From: Nitrospirota bacterium
GTDB lineage: Bacteria; Nitrospirota; UBA9217
Reading direction: 5' to 3'
Assembly (NCBI GenBank): GCA_035625205.1
Contig: DASPQB010000213.1
Span: forward strand, 10 to 64,009
DNA: 64,000 nucleotides
The notes under the pieces: model-generated
What the model was told of the DNA's origin: nothing
Seen by the model: only the letters and a program-made list of their open reading frames with translations
The model's database searches: none
Program-made: the position numbers and the translations under genes
In this document: piece after piece, positions 29,868 to 40,124 of the stretch
How positions within the stretch are numbered: position 1 is the first letter of the stretch
How the letters are laid out: every line of letters starts with the position of its first letter

Positions 29868-31798
29868 TCACGCCGGTTTCTTTCTCGCCTCGATCTCCCG
29901 TTTCACCGTCGGGAAGGAATGCAGGTCTGTATGGGGCAAAAAGAGCGCCGACATATATTCGTCCATGAAGCTGCGCGAGACCGATAGCTCGACATAGGTC
30001 ATTTTCTTTGCGATCTCCTCAGCCTCGTGCCGCAAGCGGTCGCACAGGAGACCGTAGTAGGCGCCCATGATGGACGTGTTGCCGAGGAACTGGAATTTGT
30101 CCAGCGCCATGTCGGGCAGCATACCGATCGTGATGGCGCGCTCAATATCGAGGTACCGGCCGAACCCGCCGGCGATATAAAGCTTTTGAACGTCTCCGAA
30201 GGTCATTCCCATATGCGACAGCAGCGTGGCAAAGCCTGCGTAGATCGCGGCCTTGGCGCGGATCAGATTGTCCAAGTCCACTTCCGTTATCACGATTTCC
30301 TTGTTGATGGCGCTCTCAATGCGCCAGGCGAGCACATATTCCAGGCCGTTCTCTCCTCTCCGCACACGCTTGGACCCGATCTCTTCCCGGATTTTTCCCT
30401 TCTGGTCGATGACGCCGTTCAGATACATCTCGGCTAGGATGTCGATCATGCCAGATCCGCAGATGCCGATGGGCTTCACATCGCCGATAACCCGGTAGTT
30501 CACGTCATATGTCCTGGCGTCGATCTCGACTTCTTCGATGGCCCCTTCCATGGCGCGCATACCGAACTTGATGCCGCTCCCCTCGAATGCGGGTCCCGCG
30601 GAACACGCCGCGGTCACGAGCCAGTCCTTGTTCCCAAGCACAATCTCGCCGTTGGTGCCCACGTCGATGAAAAGCGAAACCTGCTCCTGTTTGTGGATCT
30701 GCGACACGAGCACGCCTGCGGTAATATCGCCACCCACGTAGCTGGCCACGTTCGGCATGGAGTAGACGAGGGCCTGCGGGTCAAGTTGGAAGCCCACGCT
30801 CTTCCCGCGAACGAGGGGGAAAAAAGTCGCAACTGGGATATAAGGCTCCTCGCGGATATACTGAGGGTCTATCCCATAAAAAAGATGCGTCATGGTAGTG
30901 TTGCCCGCGACGACGATATAATCGATCATGCCCGGAGAAATGCCATGCTTTTCCGCCAGCTCCCCGAGCATTGTGTTGATATTACCCAGTACCAGGTCCT
31001 GGAGTTCCTTTAGACCGTTCCGTTCCGTCGCATAAACGATGCGTGTAATTACATCGTCACCGCATTTCACCTGGCTGTTGTATGTCGAAGCCGTGCCGAT
31101 GACATGGCCGTTTTTCATTTCTACGAGGTACGCGACCACAGTCGTGGTCCCGATATCGATTGCCGCGCCGTAGCGTTGGCGAATCACTTCTCCGGGGTAG
31201 ATGTCGAGCACCTCGAGCACATCGCCCACGTTGAAGCACGATACCGTCACCTTCCATTTGCCGTCACGCAGCACGTGCGGCAGCTTTGAAAGCACCTGGT
31301 AGTTCATGTGCAGGTGGGCAGCGTCAAAGCCTGCGTTATCCAGCGCACGCCGGAGACGCTCGTAATCCGCAATGTTATCGTCGATCGTGGGAGGAGTAAT
31401 GTCGAGGTAGATGCGGATCATGCGAGAGTCCAGGCACCCGCCGGCGGCTTTCATGAGCTGCAGGATTTCCTCGGTCTTCGCCCCTGTCGCGATCTTATGT
31501 TTGGCCTGCATGCGCGACTCGGGGGGGATCTCTACGACAACATCGCTCTCAATGTGCGAATGACAGGCAAGCACGTACCCGCGGCCGATCTCTTCGGAAG
31601 TCAGGTAGGACTGGGACTTTCCGCTCTCAACATCTCCTTCTTTGATAATGACTTTGCATTTGCCGCAATTGCCTTTCCCGCCGCAGGACGAGAGCACATA
31701 GACACCCGCAGCCTTGACGGCCCTGAAAAGATTGGTATTGTCATCCACACTGACGGTGATGTTATCCGGTAAAAATGTAATTTGTCGTTTCACCTGCA
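29868..31798 (-). CDS. RACo-like reductive activator of corrinoid proteins (2Fe-2S ferredoxin domain plus ASKHA ATPase, DUF4445)
   Basis: N-terminal plant-type ferredoxin cysteines (SCGGKGNCGKCKV ... LAC) and a C-terminal actin-like ATPase domain, as in RACo/AcsV. Start assigned to the GTG at 31798, preceded by GGGGAGGG. Confidence 0.7.
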
Positions 31799-32022
31799 CA
31801 GGACCCTCCCCGGCATCCTCGCCTTCGACATGAAAAACATAAAGGATGGTAACAGCAGTGCGACACAACCACTGAAATCATGCTCCAGTGCAAACGCCTG
31901 TTCATCGATGAATTATCGGTGAATATAACAGGGCGTGTAACATGGGTCAAGGGGATTCTGAGCCGGAACCGGACTTCTGCGGTGTTCTGTGGCCGTGACA
32001 GGAACGGTGAATCTCCCGGGAG

Positions 32023-32553
32023 ATGTCATTGACATCTCCCGGGAGATTCATTATTATGAACCCAGCGTCGATGAACACGATGATGATTCAAAAATTACTT
32101 TTCATGGCCGCAGCGTTCAGCACCTGTTTGTCCTTGTTTGCCTGCGCCTCTGCGCCTGTGAAACCCGTAGTTGGTTACACACCTGCCATCGGCGATAAGG
32201 CGGCCCGAACCGCTCTCGCGATGATCGGCAGGCCCTACAAATATAGAGGCGACAGCCCCGAAGGCTTCGACTGCAGCGGCCTGGTGCGATACAGTTATTT
32301 GGCTGCCGGATTAGACGTACCGCACAAAACTAATGATTTGAAGAACGCAAGCAGCCCGGTGGGCTACCAAAAAATGCGGAAGGGCGATCTTCTTTTTTTT
32401 TCTGAACAAGGGGTAAAATACGCTCACGTCGGCATCTACATCGGCGATGATCGCTTCGTCCACGCTCCCAGCACTGGCCAAAAAGTCCGCGAAGATACTC
32501 TCCGGGACTCTTACTGGAAAAAATCCTTCCTGGAAGCGCGGAGATTTCATTGA
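32023..32553 (+). CDS. NlpC/P60 (C40) family cell-wall peptidase lipoprotein
   Basis: Signal peptide, then the catalytic Cys region (FDCSGLV) and His (YAHVGIYIG). Confidence 0.8.
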   Translation: MSLTSPGRFIIMNPASMNTMMIQKLLFMAAAFSTCLSLFACASAPVKPVVGYTPAIGDKAARTALAMIGRPYKYRGDSPEGFDCSGLVRYSYLAAGLDVPHKTNDLKNASSPVGYQKMRKGDLLFFSEQGVKYAHVGIYIGDDRFVHAPSTGQKVREDTLRDSYWKKSFLEARRFH

Positions 32554-32698
32554 TGCCTGACAAGCCCGTCCTAGTTCATTACAAATACCTGAATACTCAC
32601 AAATATTTGCTACGGCTTTCAATATCCTGCCTTAACGGCCGCTGTTCTTCCCTCGTCCCCCATCGTTGTTCTCTGGTGTAGGTTCCGGCTTTTCTGCA

Positions 32699-33361
32699 TC
32701 AGTATTTCTTCTTCACATACGCTTCCAGCTCTTTATAGAAATCCCTGCCCATGAACGTCTCAATGGTCTTTTTGAGGCTCTTGTACATGGGCTCACCTGC
32801 CGGTTCAGCCATGCATTTGATGTGATTGAGGTAAGGCGTGTCTTGAATGGAGATCACCTTTTTGCCTTTTTCGGTGGTGTAGAACGCGAGGGGGTATTGA
32901 ACGCAGTCGGCGAACTTGAACTCCTCCCAGACCATTCCCTTCTCGATGGCGTAGCTGTGGACGCTGCAGTACCGCATGCCATCCTTATTGGTGTAAATCA
33001 GTGCGCAGTCATTGTTGAACAGGAGCACGCAGCGGAAATCCTGGCCTCCGAAGTTCCTGCGGATGGCCTGAGCCTCGTCTTCGTGGATTACGCAGCCGGT
33101 TGGGCACTGGGTTTTGCACGTTCCGAGGATCGACCCGTTCTTTTTTACTGCTTCGCGGTTCTCCGGGGAGAGGTAAGCGAGGATTCCCTCGAGGTGCGCC
33201 TCGACCTTTTTCGCTTCCGCGGGCGGAACGATGCAGGAGCGGTAACAGCACATTGACTTGCAGCCGTATTTTTTCACATCGCAGGTGTAGGGACGCGTGA
33301 ATATTTCGGGATTAACAAGGACGAATGCGATTTCGACAAAGCCTTTTTGGTCAGATGACAT
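32699..33361 (-). CDS. Cysteine-rich hypothetical protein, probably DUF3109 family
   Basis: 220 aa ORF with CDVKKYGCKSMCC, YLSPENR, CVQYP and FMGRDFYKELE, matching my recall of the DUF3109 pattern; the family assignment is tentative. Confidence 0.45.
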   Translation of the reverse strand: MSSDQKGFVEIAFVLVNPEIFTRPYTCDVKKYGCKSMCCYRSCIVPPAEAKKVEAHLEGILAYLSPENREAVKKNGSILGTCKTQCPTGCVIHEDEAQAIRRNFGGQDFRCVLLFNNDCALIYTNKDGMRYCSVHSYAIEKGMVWEEFKFADCVQYPLAFYTTEKGKKVISIQDTPYLNHIKCMAEPAGEPMYKSLKKTIETFMGRDFYKELEAYVKKKY

Positions 33362-33673
33362 GAATTACCTCCGCAACCAAGCTGATATTTACTGCCGAGA
33401 CCTGCTCTGAGCGCGCCAACAGTTCGCAGAGTGAGCTGCGCGCATCGCAAATTTCCGCTCTGCGCTCTTCTCACATCTGGCAGTGGAAGGCATTTTAAGA
33501 CAGTCAGCGGAGGATGTAAAGTTTTTTTTCTTCTTCTTTGATTTTCTCTTGCATTTGATGAAAAAAAGAGTATATTGCGAAACAAAAATGAGCCTGCAGG
33601 AGCCTCTTTTCGTGACTGACGAAGCGTCATCACAGCGCTCAGAAAAAAAATGAGCGCGAATCATTTTTATTCT

Positions 33674-33705
33674 TGACAAAGAGTAGTATTTTTGATAAAT
33701 GAAAA
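33674..33705 (+). promoter_or_regulatory. Sigma70-like promoter upstream of the speH leader
   Basis: TTGACA, then a 17 nt spacer, then GATAAAT/TAAATG, about 145 nt upstream of the speH TTG start. A second TTGCAT-16-TATATT element lies about 100 bp further upstream. Confidence 0.4.
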
Positions 33706-33849
33706 CTAAGTTTGATGTTGTTGGCGCCGTCTGACTGTAAGACGGGTTGGATTCGAACTACAAACCCTTCCGTAAGAACGGGAGGCAGTGCTCGCAGACC
33801 CCGCAAATCGCGTGGGGTAGTTCGGCGGGCGGAGAAGGAGGCAAACAGG

Positions 33850-34251
33850 TTGCACGCGTTGGGCACTCATCTGTTGTTGGAGTTGAGGGATTGCAACCCC
33901 AAGACCCTCGGTAATTTGGAATTTGTACAGGAAACACTCAAAAATGCAGCTCTTGAGGCAAAAGCGACAATTGTTGAGGTCGCTTTCCATGAGTTCAGTC
34001 CTTTTGGCATCAGCGGGATGGTGGTAATAGCCGAATCCCATCTTGCAATCCACACCTGGCCAGAATACGGCTACGCCGCGGTAGACGTCTTCACCTGCGG
34101 GGACCTTATCGATCCCCGTGTCGCAGCAAAATTCCTTATCGAAAAGTTCCAGTGTCAAAACCCTTCCATTATCGAGATGAAGCGGGGAATTCTCGGCCAC
34201 GAGAAGCTTCCTCACAAGCCTATCGTACAGGGAGAGCTGGTTTCAGCATGA
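33850..34251 (+). CDS. speH: S-adenosylmethionine decarboxylase proenzyme (class 1A, SpeH type)
   Basis: LHALGTHLLLELRDCNP ... FHEFSPFGISGMVVIAESHLAIHTWPEYGYAAVDVFTCG is the SpeH signature. The TTG start at 33850 has a GGAGAAGGAGG ribosome-binding site; the track ORF from 33712 is a spurious upstream extension. Confidence 0.8.
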   Translation: MHALGTHLLLELRDCNPKTLGNLEFVQETLKNAALEAKATIVEVAFHEFSPFGISGMVVIAESHLAIHTWPEYGYAAVDVFTCGDLIDPRVAAKFLIEKFQCQNPSIIEMKRGILGHEKLPHKPIVQGELVSA

Positions 34252-35168
34252 TCGAGCCTAAGAGTTACAAGTGGTTCATTGAATATACGAGTCCCCAGGA
34301 AGGTCATATTCATGGGATTCGTACTATTCACTACGCAAGCCAGACCAAGTACCAGAACATGGAGATCATGGAAAGCGGGAGCTATGGCCGGTGCCTCGTC
34401 CTGGACGGCAAGATGCAGTCGTCCCTCACCGACGAGTTCATCTATCATGAGGCACTGGTCCATCCTGCCCTTTTGACCCATCCGAACCCGAAGCGGGTCT
34501 TCATCGTAGGCGGCGGCGAGGGAGCCACGCTCCGAGAAGTGCTTCGCCACAGAAGCGTCGAGTACTGCATGATGGTGGACATTGACCAGGAAGTAGTTGA
34601 AAAATCGAAGGAACTGCTTCCTGAGTGGCACCAGGGCGCATTTGATGACCCACGAACGGACCTGCGGTACATGGATGCCCGCAAGTATTTGGAAGAAACC
34701 GCTGACAGTTATGATGCCATAATTATTGATATTTCCGAGCCCGTCGAGGAAGGCCCCGCCTACCTCCTGTTCACGCGCGAGTTCTATGAGATCGTAAAAG
34801 AGCGTCTCACGTCAGACGGAACAATCGCTCTTCAGGCCGGAACTACAGCCCTGCACCAGCTCTTAAATTTTACCGCCGTGAACAAGACCCTGAACGCGGT
34901 TTTCCCCGTTGTCACACCCTACAATGTATGCATCCCCTCATTCGGTCTTCCCTGGGGCTTCACCTTGGCTTCCAAGAACAATGACCCCAGCAAGTTCACC
35001 CCCCAGCATGTGGATGAACTGATCAAAAAACGGATCAAGGGTGAAAACAGGTACTATGACGGCATCACAAATCAAGGCATGTATATGCTCCCAAAACACA
35101 TTCGCAAGGCCATGGCCGAAGAAACGAAAATAATCGAAGACAACGCTCCGCTTTTCACCTATCATTAA
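34248..35168 (+). CDS. speE: Spermidine synthase (aminopropyltransferase)
   Basis: VLDGKMQSS ... GGGEGATLREVL ... DIIIDISEP are spermidine-synthase motifs. The ATG overlaps the speH TGA (ATGA), so the two genes are translationally coupled. Confidence 0.9.
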   Translation: MIEPKSYKWFIEYTSPQEGHIHGIRTIHYASQTKYQNMEIMESGSYGRCLVLDGKMQSSLTDEFIYHEALVHPALLTHPNPKRVFIVGGGEGATLREVLRHRSVEYCMMVDIDQEVVEKSKELLPEWHQGAFDDPRTDLRYMDARKYLEETADSYDAIIIDISEPVEEGPAYLLFTREFYEIVKERLTSDGTIALQAGTTALHQLLNFTAVNKTLNAVFPVVTPYNVCIPSFGLPWGFTLASKNNDPSKFTPQHVDELIKKRIKGENRYYDGITNQGMYMLPKHIRKAMAEETKIIEDNAPLFTYH

Positions 35169-35174
35169 GAGGCC

Positions 35175-36659
35175 ATGAACCCTCCTCCTATACGATTCGA
35201 GGATGAGCAATTCCGCACACCACTGTTTGACGCTATGGTCAATCTTGCGGAGAGCCGCAAGGTTTCCTTCCATACCCCCGGTCATAAAAGCGGCAAAGGC
35301 ATATCCACCCGGTTCCGCAAATTCGTTGGACCACGCATATTTTCCATCGACTTAACGACCCTCGACGAAGTAGACTCCTTGCAGAACCCCACGGGTGTGA
35401 TCAAGGAAGCCCAGGAACTGGCCGCCAAAGCAGCCGGGGCGGACCGATCCTACTTTCTCGTGAACGGAACGACCGTAGGAAACCATGCCATGGTAGCGTC
35501 CACGACCGGTCCCGGGGATAAGGTCCTGATTGCCAGAAATTGCCACCGTTCCGTGCTTACCGGTCTCATCATGAGCGGCGCGCAACCGATTTTTTTCCAG
35601 CCGGTTTTCGACCGGAACTTAAAGCTTACCCTAAACGTCACATTCGAGACCGTAAAGCAGGCCATTGACTCAAATCCGGGCGCTCGTGCTCTTCTGATCA
35701 CGAGCCCAAACTATTACGGTCTCTGCGCAGACATCGAAAGAATTATTCCCTACGCTCACGAGAAGGGTCTTATTGTGTTCGTGGACGAAGCGCACGGTCC
35801 TCATCTCAAGTTCAACCCTAAACTTCCCAAATGCGCTCTGGAGGCCGGTACCGATCTCTGCGTCCAATCGACCCACAAGATCGTCGGCGGCATGACGCAG
35901 GCATCCATGCTCCATGTCAAGGCAGGCAGGATCAATATCGATGACGTGACGAACACGCTCAAGCTTCTCCAGACCACAAGCCCTTCCTACATCCTGATGG
36001 CGTCTTTGGACCTTGCCCGGATGCAAATGGCGACAGAAGGTAAGAAGCTCCTCAATCGGACCATCAAACTCGCTGAGGAGGCCCGGTCCAAAATTCAGAA
36101 GATCAATGGCATCAGCTGCTTTGGCAAAGAAGAGGCGAAGGCCGTCGGGATGCCTGACATGGATGTGACGAAATTAACGATCACTGTTTCGGACATGGGG
36201 CTTTCCGGCTACCACGTGTCTCAGTTGCTGAACAACAGGTTCGACATTCAAGTTGAGATGGCCGATCCTTTCCATGTGCTTGTTATTGTTTCGATTGGCG
36301 ACCGACAGGACGACCTTGATCGCCTCGTGGAAGCCCTCCAGCAGATATCGTCAGAGACAGGGCTGCAGGGTGCGCTCCTCCCCCTGGACAGGGTCCATCC
36401 GCCGATGCTTCAAAACCGTTACGCCATGACCCCGCGTAAGGCGTTCTATTCAGACAGTGAGTTGGTAAACGTGAATGATTCCGTCGGGAGGGTTTCAACG
36501 GAGATCGTGACCGTCTACCCACCCGGCATCCCGCTCTTCGTACCCGGTGAAGAGATATCCCAAGACGCCATCGACTACATCCAGAACATGGCCGGCTTAG
36601 GTGCCATCATAGACGGCTTGAACGAGAACAACAACCGCGTTCGCGTGGCAAAGGTCTAA
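35175..36659 (+). CDS. speA: Orn/Lys/Arg decarboxylase family (fold-type I, Bacillus SpeA-like arginine decarboxylase)
   Basis: SFHTPGHKSG and STHKIVGGMTQASMLHVK (PLP lysine) are typical of the OKR_DC_1 family; third gene of the polyamine operon. Confidence 0.75.
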   Translation: MNPPPIRFEDEQFRTPLFDAMVNLAESRKVSFHTPGHKSGKGISTRFRKFVGPRIFSIDLTTLDEVDSLQNPTGVIKEAQELAAKAAGADRSYFLVNGTTVGNHAMVASTTGPGDKVLIARNCHRSVLTGLIMSGAQPIFFQPVFDRNLKLTLNVTFETVKQAIDSNPGARALLITSPNYYGLCADIERIIPYAHEKGLIVFVDEAHGPHLKFNPKLPKCALEAGTDLCVQSTHKIVGGMTQASMLHVKAGRINIDDVTNTLKLLQTTSPSYILMASLDLARMQMATEGKKLLNRTIKLAEEARSKIQKINGISCFGKEEAKAVGMPDMDVTKLTITVSDMGLSGYHVSQLLNNRFDIQVEMADPFHVLVIVSIGDRQDDLDRLVEALQQISSETGLQGALLPLDRVHPPMLQNRYAMTPRKAFYSDSELVNVNDSVGRVSTEIVTVYPPGIPLFVPGEEISQDAIDYIQNMAGLGAIIDGLNENNNRVRVAKV

Positions 36660-37036
36660 AACTGGACATTGGGCATATACTTCAAACGTCTCGAGCCTGT
36701 CTTTGCATGCTTCTTTCTCTCTGCTCAACACTCATTGCGAAAAATACTGTAATTCCCTGTCCCGCATCCATTTTTTCATTGAACATCCTATGTCACGTTT
36801 TCCTTGACATTCCGAGGCGTGGATGTCGGCCTTTAATAGCCATTCACGAAGTATCTTCACAGCCTGCTTGATTATCAAAAAAGCAGTGGAATTCCTGCGT
36901 ATTGTGATTGGAGAGACAATCTGGCCTCGCCCCCGTCTTGCGCTCGCTCTATCCTTATTTTGAATTGAAAATTGTCCTTGGGCATGGCATAATCGCAGCC
37001 AAGTTCGATTCATTCATCAGCGTGAAGGAGCGTTCC

Positions 37037-38278
37037 ATGCTTATTCAGCCATTGCTTGGCATCATTATCTTCCTCGGGATTGCCTGGGTAATCAGCGAAC
37101 AAAGGAATAAGGTAAAATATCCTGAGATTCTCACCGGCATTGTGGTTCAATTCGCAATTGCAGGGATCCTGCTTTATATACCTGTATTCAAGAAATTTTT
37201 CCTGGTCTTAAACAACGTCGTCCTGTCGCTCGAAGCTGCAACCAAGGCGGGCACGTCCTTCGTATTTGGATACATAGGCGGCGGAACGCCGCCCTTCCTT
37301 CTCCAAGACCCAGGATCAAACTTCATTCTCGCTTTCCAAGCATTGCCGCTGGTCCTGGTGATCGGCGCGCTCTCAGCGCTCCTTTTCTACTGGAAGATCA
37401 TTCCAGCCGTTGTCAAAGGCTTTTCCTTGCTGCTCCAGAAAACCTTGAACATAGGCGGCGCACTGGGCTTAGGAGCCTCAACGACGATTTTTCTCGGCAT
37501 GGTAGAGGCTCCGCTTGTGGTTAAGCCCTACCTCAAGAGTATGACACGGAGCGAACTTTTTTCGCTCATGACCGTGGGCATGGCCTGCATTGCCGGCACC
37601 GTGATGGTCCTCTATGCCACCATCCTAAACAATGTGATCCCTGATCCCATGGGCCATATCCTCGTCGCATCATTCATCCATGTGGCGGCTGCAATTACGA
37701 TCGCCCGTATTATGGTCCCGGAATCCGGCGATGGAACCGCAGTAAGTCATCTGCCGCAGCCCGTAGTTACGAATTCCATGGACGCCGTTGTCAAGGGGAC
37801 CATGGACGGTCTTCAGCTTCTCCTCAATATCATCGCCATGCTTTTGGTGATGGTTGCTCTCGTGCACCTTGCAAATGTACTCGTTGGCCTTCTTCCAAAT
37901 ATTACTGGACGGCCGCTTACCCTCCAGAGAATCCTCGGGTTCCTTATGGCCCCGCTCGTCTGGCTTTTCGGCATCCCCTGGCCTCAAGCACAGACGGCTG
38001 GCTTTCTCATGGGGACAAAAACGATCCTGAACGAATTGCTCGCATTCCTTGAATTGGCTAAGCTGCCACCAGGAGCACTTGACGACCGCAGTCGATTAAT
38101 CATGACCTATGCGCTCAGCAGCTTTGCGAACTTTGGCAGCTTGGGAATCCTGATCGGCGGTCTCGGCAGTCTGGCGCCTGAACGACGTAATGAGGTTGTC
38201 GCCCTCGGCCTGAAGGCGATCGTGGCCGGCACGCTCGCAACCTGCATGACCGGTGCGGTGATCGGGATATTTACCTAA
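37037..38278 (+). CDS. nupC: Concentrative nucleoside transporter, NupC/CNT family
   Basis: MLIQPLLGIIIFLGIAWVISEQRNK matches the NupC N-terminus, and the protein is a multi-transmembrane permease. The ORF-track start at 36908 is an extension. Confidence 0.85.
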   Translation: MLIQPLLGIIIFLGIAWVISEQRNKVKYPEILTGIVVQFAIAGILLYIPVFKKFFLVLNNVVLSLEAATKAGTSFVFGYIGGGTPPFLLQDPGSNFILAFQALPLVLVIGALSALLFYWKIIPAVVKGFSLLLQKTLNIGGALGLGASTTIFLGMVEAPLVVKPYLKSMTRSELFSLMTVGMACIAGTVMVLYATILNNVIPDPMGHILVASFIHVAAAITIARIMVPESGDGTAVSHLPQPVVTNSMDAVVKGTMDGLQLLLNIIAMLLVMVALVHLANVLVGLLPNITGRPLTLQRILGFLMAPLVWLFGIPWPQAQTAGFLMGTKTILNELLAFLELAKLPPGALDDRSRLIMTYALSSFANFGSLGILIGGLGSLAPERRNEVVALGLKAIVAGTLATCMTGAVIGIFT

Positions 38279-38389
38279 ACGCGATCAAAGGCTTGTTCAG
38301 CGACGTCGCGGTTTGTCGGTGTTCAGCATTGCCGCACCTTTTCTTTCTAAAAACATACCCTTCCACGACTCATTCTGGTATAATCAAGT

Positions 38390-40003
38390 ATGAATTTTTT
38401 CAGCATGGGTGGTCGGTTCATTCAGGGCGTAAATCTATTCTTCAAGGTTCTCCTAAGCTACAAGTCGAATTCACTCAGGAGCATCTTCGCAACTCCAGAC
38501 ATTAAACAAGAGCGCCTGCGGTGGCTCCACGCCAAAAACGCGCTCATGCTGCGCGAGCACATGATTGCCATGCGTGGCGTCCTCATCAAGATCGGCCAGT
38601 TTATGTCTTCCCGCGTTGATATCCTTCCTGAGGAATACACCGAAGAACTCTCAAAACTCCAGGACCAGGTGCCCCCGGCACCGTTTTACGCTATCGCGAA
38701 GCGGGTAACCGAGGAGTTGGGTCCGATGGAAGAAATTTTTTCCTCTTTTACCGAGGTACCGATTGCGTCTGCGTCGCTCGGTCAGGTTCACCGCGCTTGC
38801 CTCAGAGACGGGGATTGCATCGTCATCAAGGTCCAGTACCCAGGCATTGAGGACGTGATCGCCGCGGACATGCGGACGCTCAAGTTCATCATCAGGATTC
38901 TGCGGTTGCTTTATCGTCAGATCAACCTGGACGTTATCTATTCCGAATTCTCACGCATCGTGCAGGAGGAACTCGATTATATCCAGGAAGGAAAAAATGC
39001 AGAGACCTTCGCGCGCAACTTTGCCGAGAGCAAGACAATACATATTCCTATCGTTTACTGGCCTTATACGACCTCCAAGGTTCTTGCGCTCGAATATCTC
39101 GAAGGCATAAAGATCACGGATTTCGACGCCATTGACCGGGCTGGGATTGACCGGAAGGCTGCTGCCAGGATACTGGCGGAAGCCTACGCCCAAATGTTCT
39201 TTCTGGACGGCTTGTTCCACGGAGATCCGCATCCCGGCAACATCTTTGTCCGGCCAGGACCCGAAATCATTCTGGTCGATTTCGGCATGGTCGACCGCAT
39301 CACAGCCCAGCGACGGGAAGGATTGCGGCGCGGTTTTTCCGCGATCGTTGACCGGGATGCTCTGGGCTTGGTTCGCTCACTCGTAGACATGGGTTTCATA
39401 CCTCTGACTAAGGACATCCAGCCTTTTGTGCATTTCGTTGACAGAATCTTCCAAAAATATCGCGACCTGTCGGCTTCTGAGTTCAAGGCCATGGACATCA
39501 ACGACATCGGACGCGACATCCAGGAGGCTCTCCAGCTTTCCCCCTCCCTCCAAATACCGAACGACTTCATCCTTTTTGGCCGCGTCATCGGAATGCTGAA
39601 CGGCCTCGGCTTGCGCCTCGATCCTGAAACGAACATCATCGAGATCGCGGCACCTTTCGCCAAGCGATTCATCAGATCTGACGAATTTACCGCTACCGGA
39701 TTACTTGTTCAGGCCGGCGCGTCGGGGCGGGCACTGCTGAAGCTGCCGAAGCTTTTAACTGAATTTATCGTAACCACGAGCCGTGGTGAGACCCGCGTTG
39801 AGATCACGTCGCGGGACATTGTGGAGGAACTCCGAAAGATCTCGAGCATCGGAAAAGGATTTGTGTTTGCGATCCTGGCGGTAGGTGCGGGCATAGGCGC
39901 AGTCGATCTGCGCATTAACCATTTCAATTCGGAGAGCATGTGGGCGGCCGTTGCCTGCGGCGTTCTTTTCCTGTTGCTCCTGTTTTCTCTTCGGGAAAAG
40001 TAA
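38390..40003 (+). CDS. ubiB: ABC1/UbiB-family atypical protein kinase
   Basis: IKIGQFMSSRVDILPEEYTEEL, GQVHRA and HGDPHPGN are the ABC1/AarF kinase signature. The ATG lies 7 nt after an extended -10 (TGgTATAAT), so the mRNA is possibly leaderless. Confidence 0.8.
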   Translation: MNFFSMGGRFIQGVNLFFKVLLSYKSNSLRSIFATPDIKQERLRWLHAKNALMLREHMIAMRGVLIKIGQFMSSRVDILPEEYTEELSKLQDQVPPAPFYAIAKRVTEELGPMEEIFSSFTEVPIASASLGQVHRACLRDGDCIVIKVQYPGIEDVIAADMRTLKFIIRILRLLYRQINLDVIYSEFSRIVQEELDYIQEGKNAETFARNFAESKTIHIPIVYWPYTTSKVLALEYLEGIKITDFDAIDRAGIDRKAAARILAEAYAQMFFLDGLFHGDPHPGNIFVRPGPEIILVDFGMVDRITAQRREGLRRGFSAIVDRDALGLVRSLVDMGFIPLTKDIQPFVHFVDRIFQKYRDLSASEFKAMDINDIGRDIQEALQLSPSLQIPNDFILFGRVIGMLNGLGLRLDPETNIIEIAAPFAKRFIRSDEFTATGLLVQAGASGRALLKLPKLLTEFIVTTSRGETRVEITSRDIVEELRKISSIGKGFVFAILAVGAGIGAVDLRINHFNSESMWAAVACGVLFLLLLFSLREK

Positions 40004-40124
40004 TGGTTTCCGATCTTTCTCCTTACCTGCTCCCGTCGTGCCCCTCTTTTCAAGTGGATTAAACATTTGGATAGTGCCGGCCGCGTTCCCGCTGTCTATG
40101 GCAGAAGCTGCACGGTCGAATAAA

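Noticed and set aside
29593-29997. 134 aa ORF in the Big_2/RACo intergenic region
   Set aside because: No ribosome-binding site, atypical composition, and overlap with the 3' end of the RACo gene. The region more likely contains only a hairpin (CTGGCAA-atgcagc-TTGCCAG).
33745-33775. tRNA-like T-loop sequence (GGATTCGAAC / GTTCGAATCC on the minus strand)
   Set aside because: The flanking sequence does not fold into acceptor, D or anticodon arms, and the GGGTT/AACCC stem would enclose a 14 nt loop. It is part of the speH leader hairpins instead.
33712-33849. ATG-initiated upstream extension of speH (MMLLAPSDCKTGWIRTTNPS...)
   Set aside because: Arg-rich and non-conserved. SpeH homologs begin at the LHALGTHLL position, which has a strong ribosome-binding site and a TTG start.
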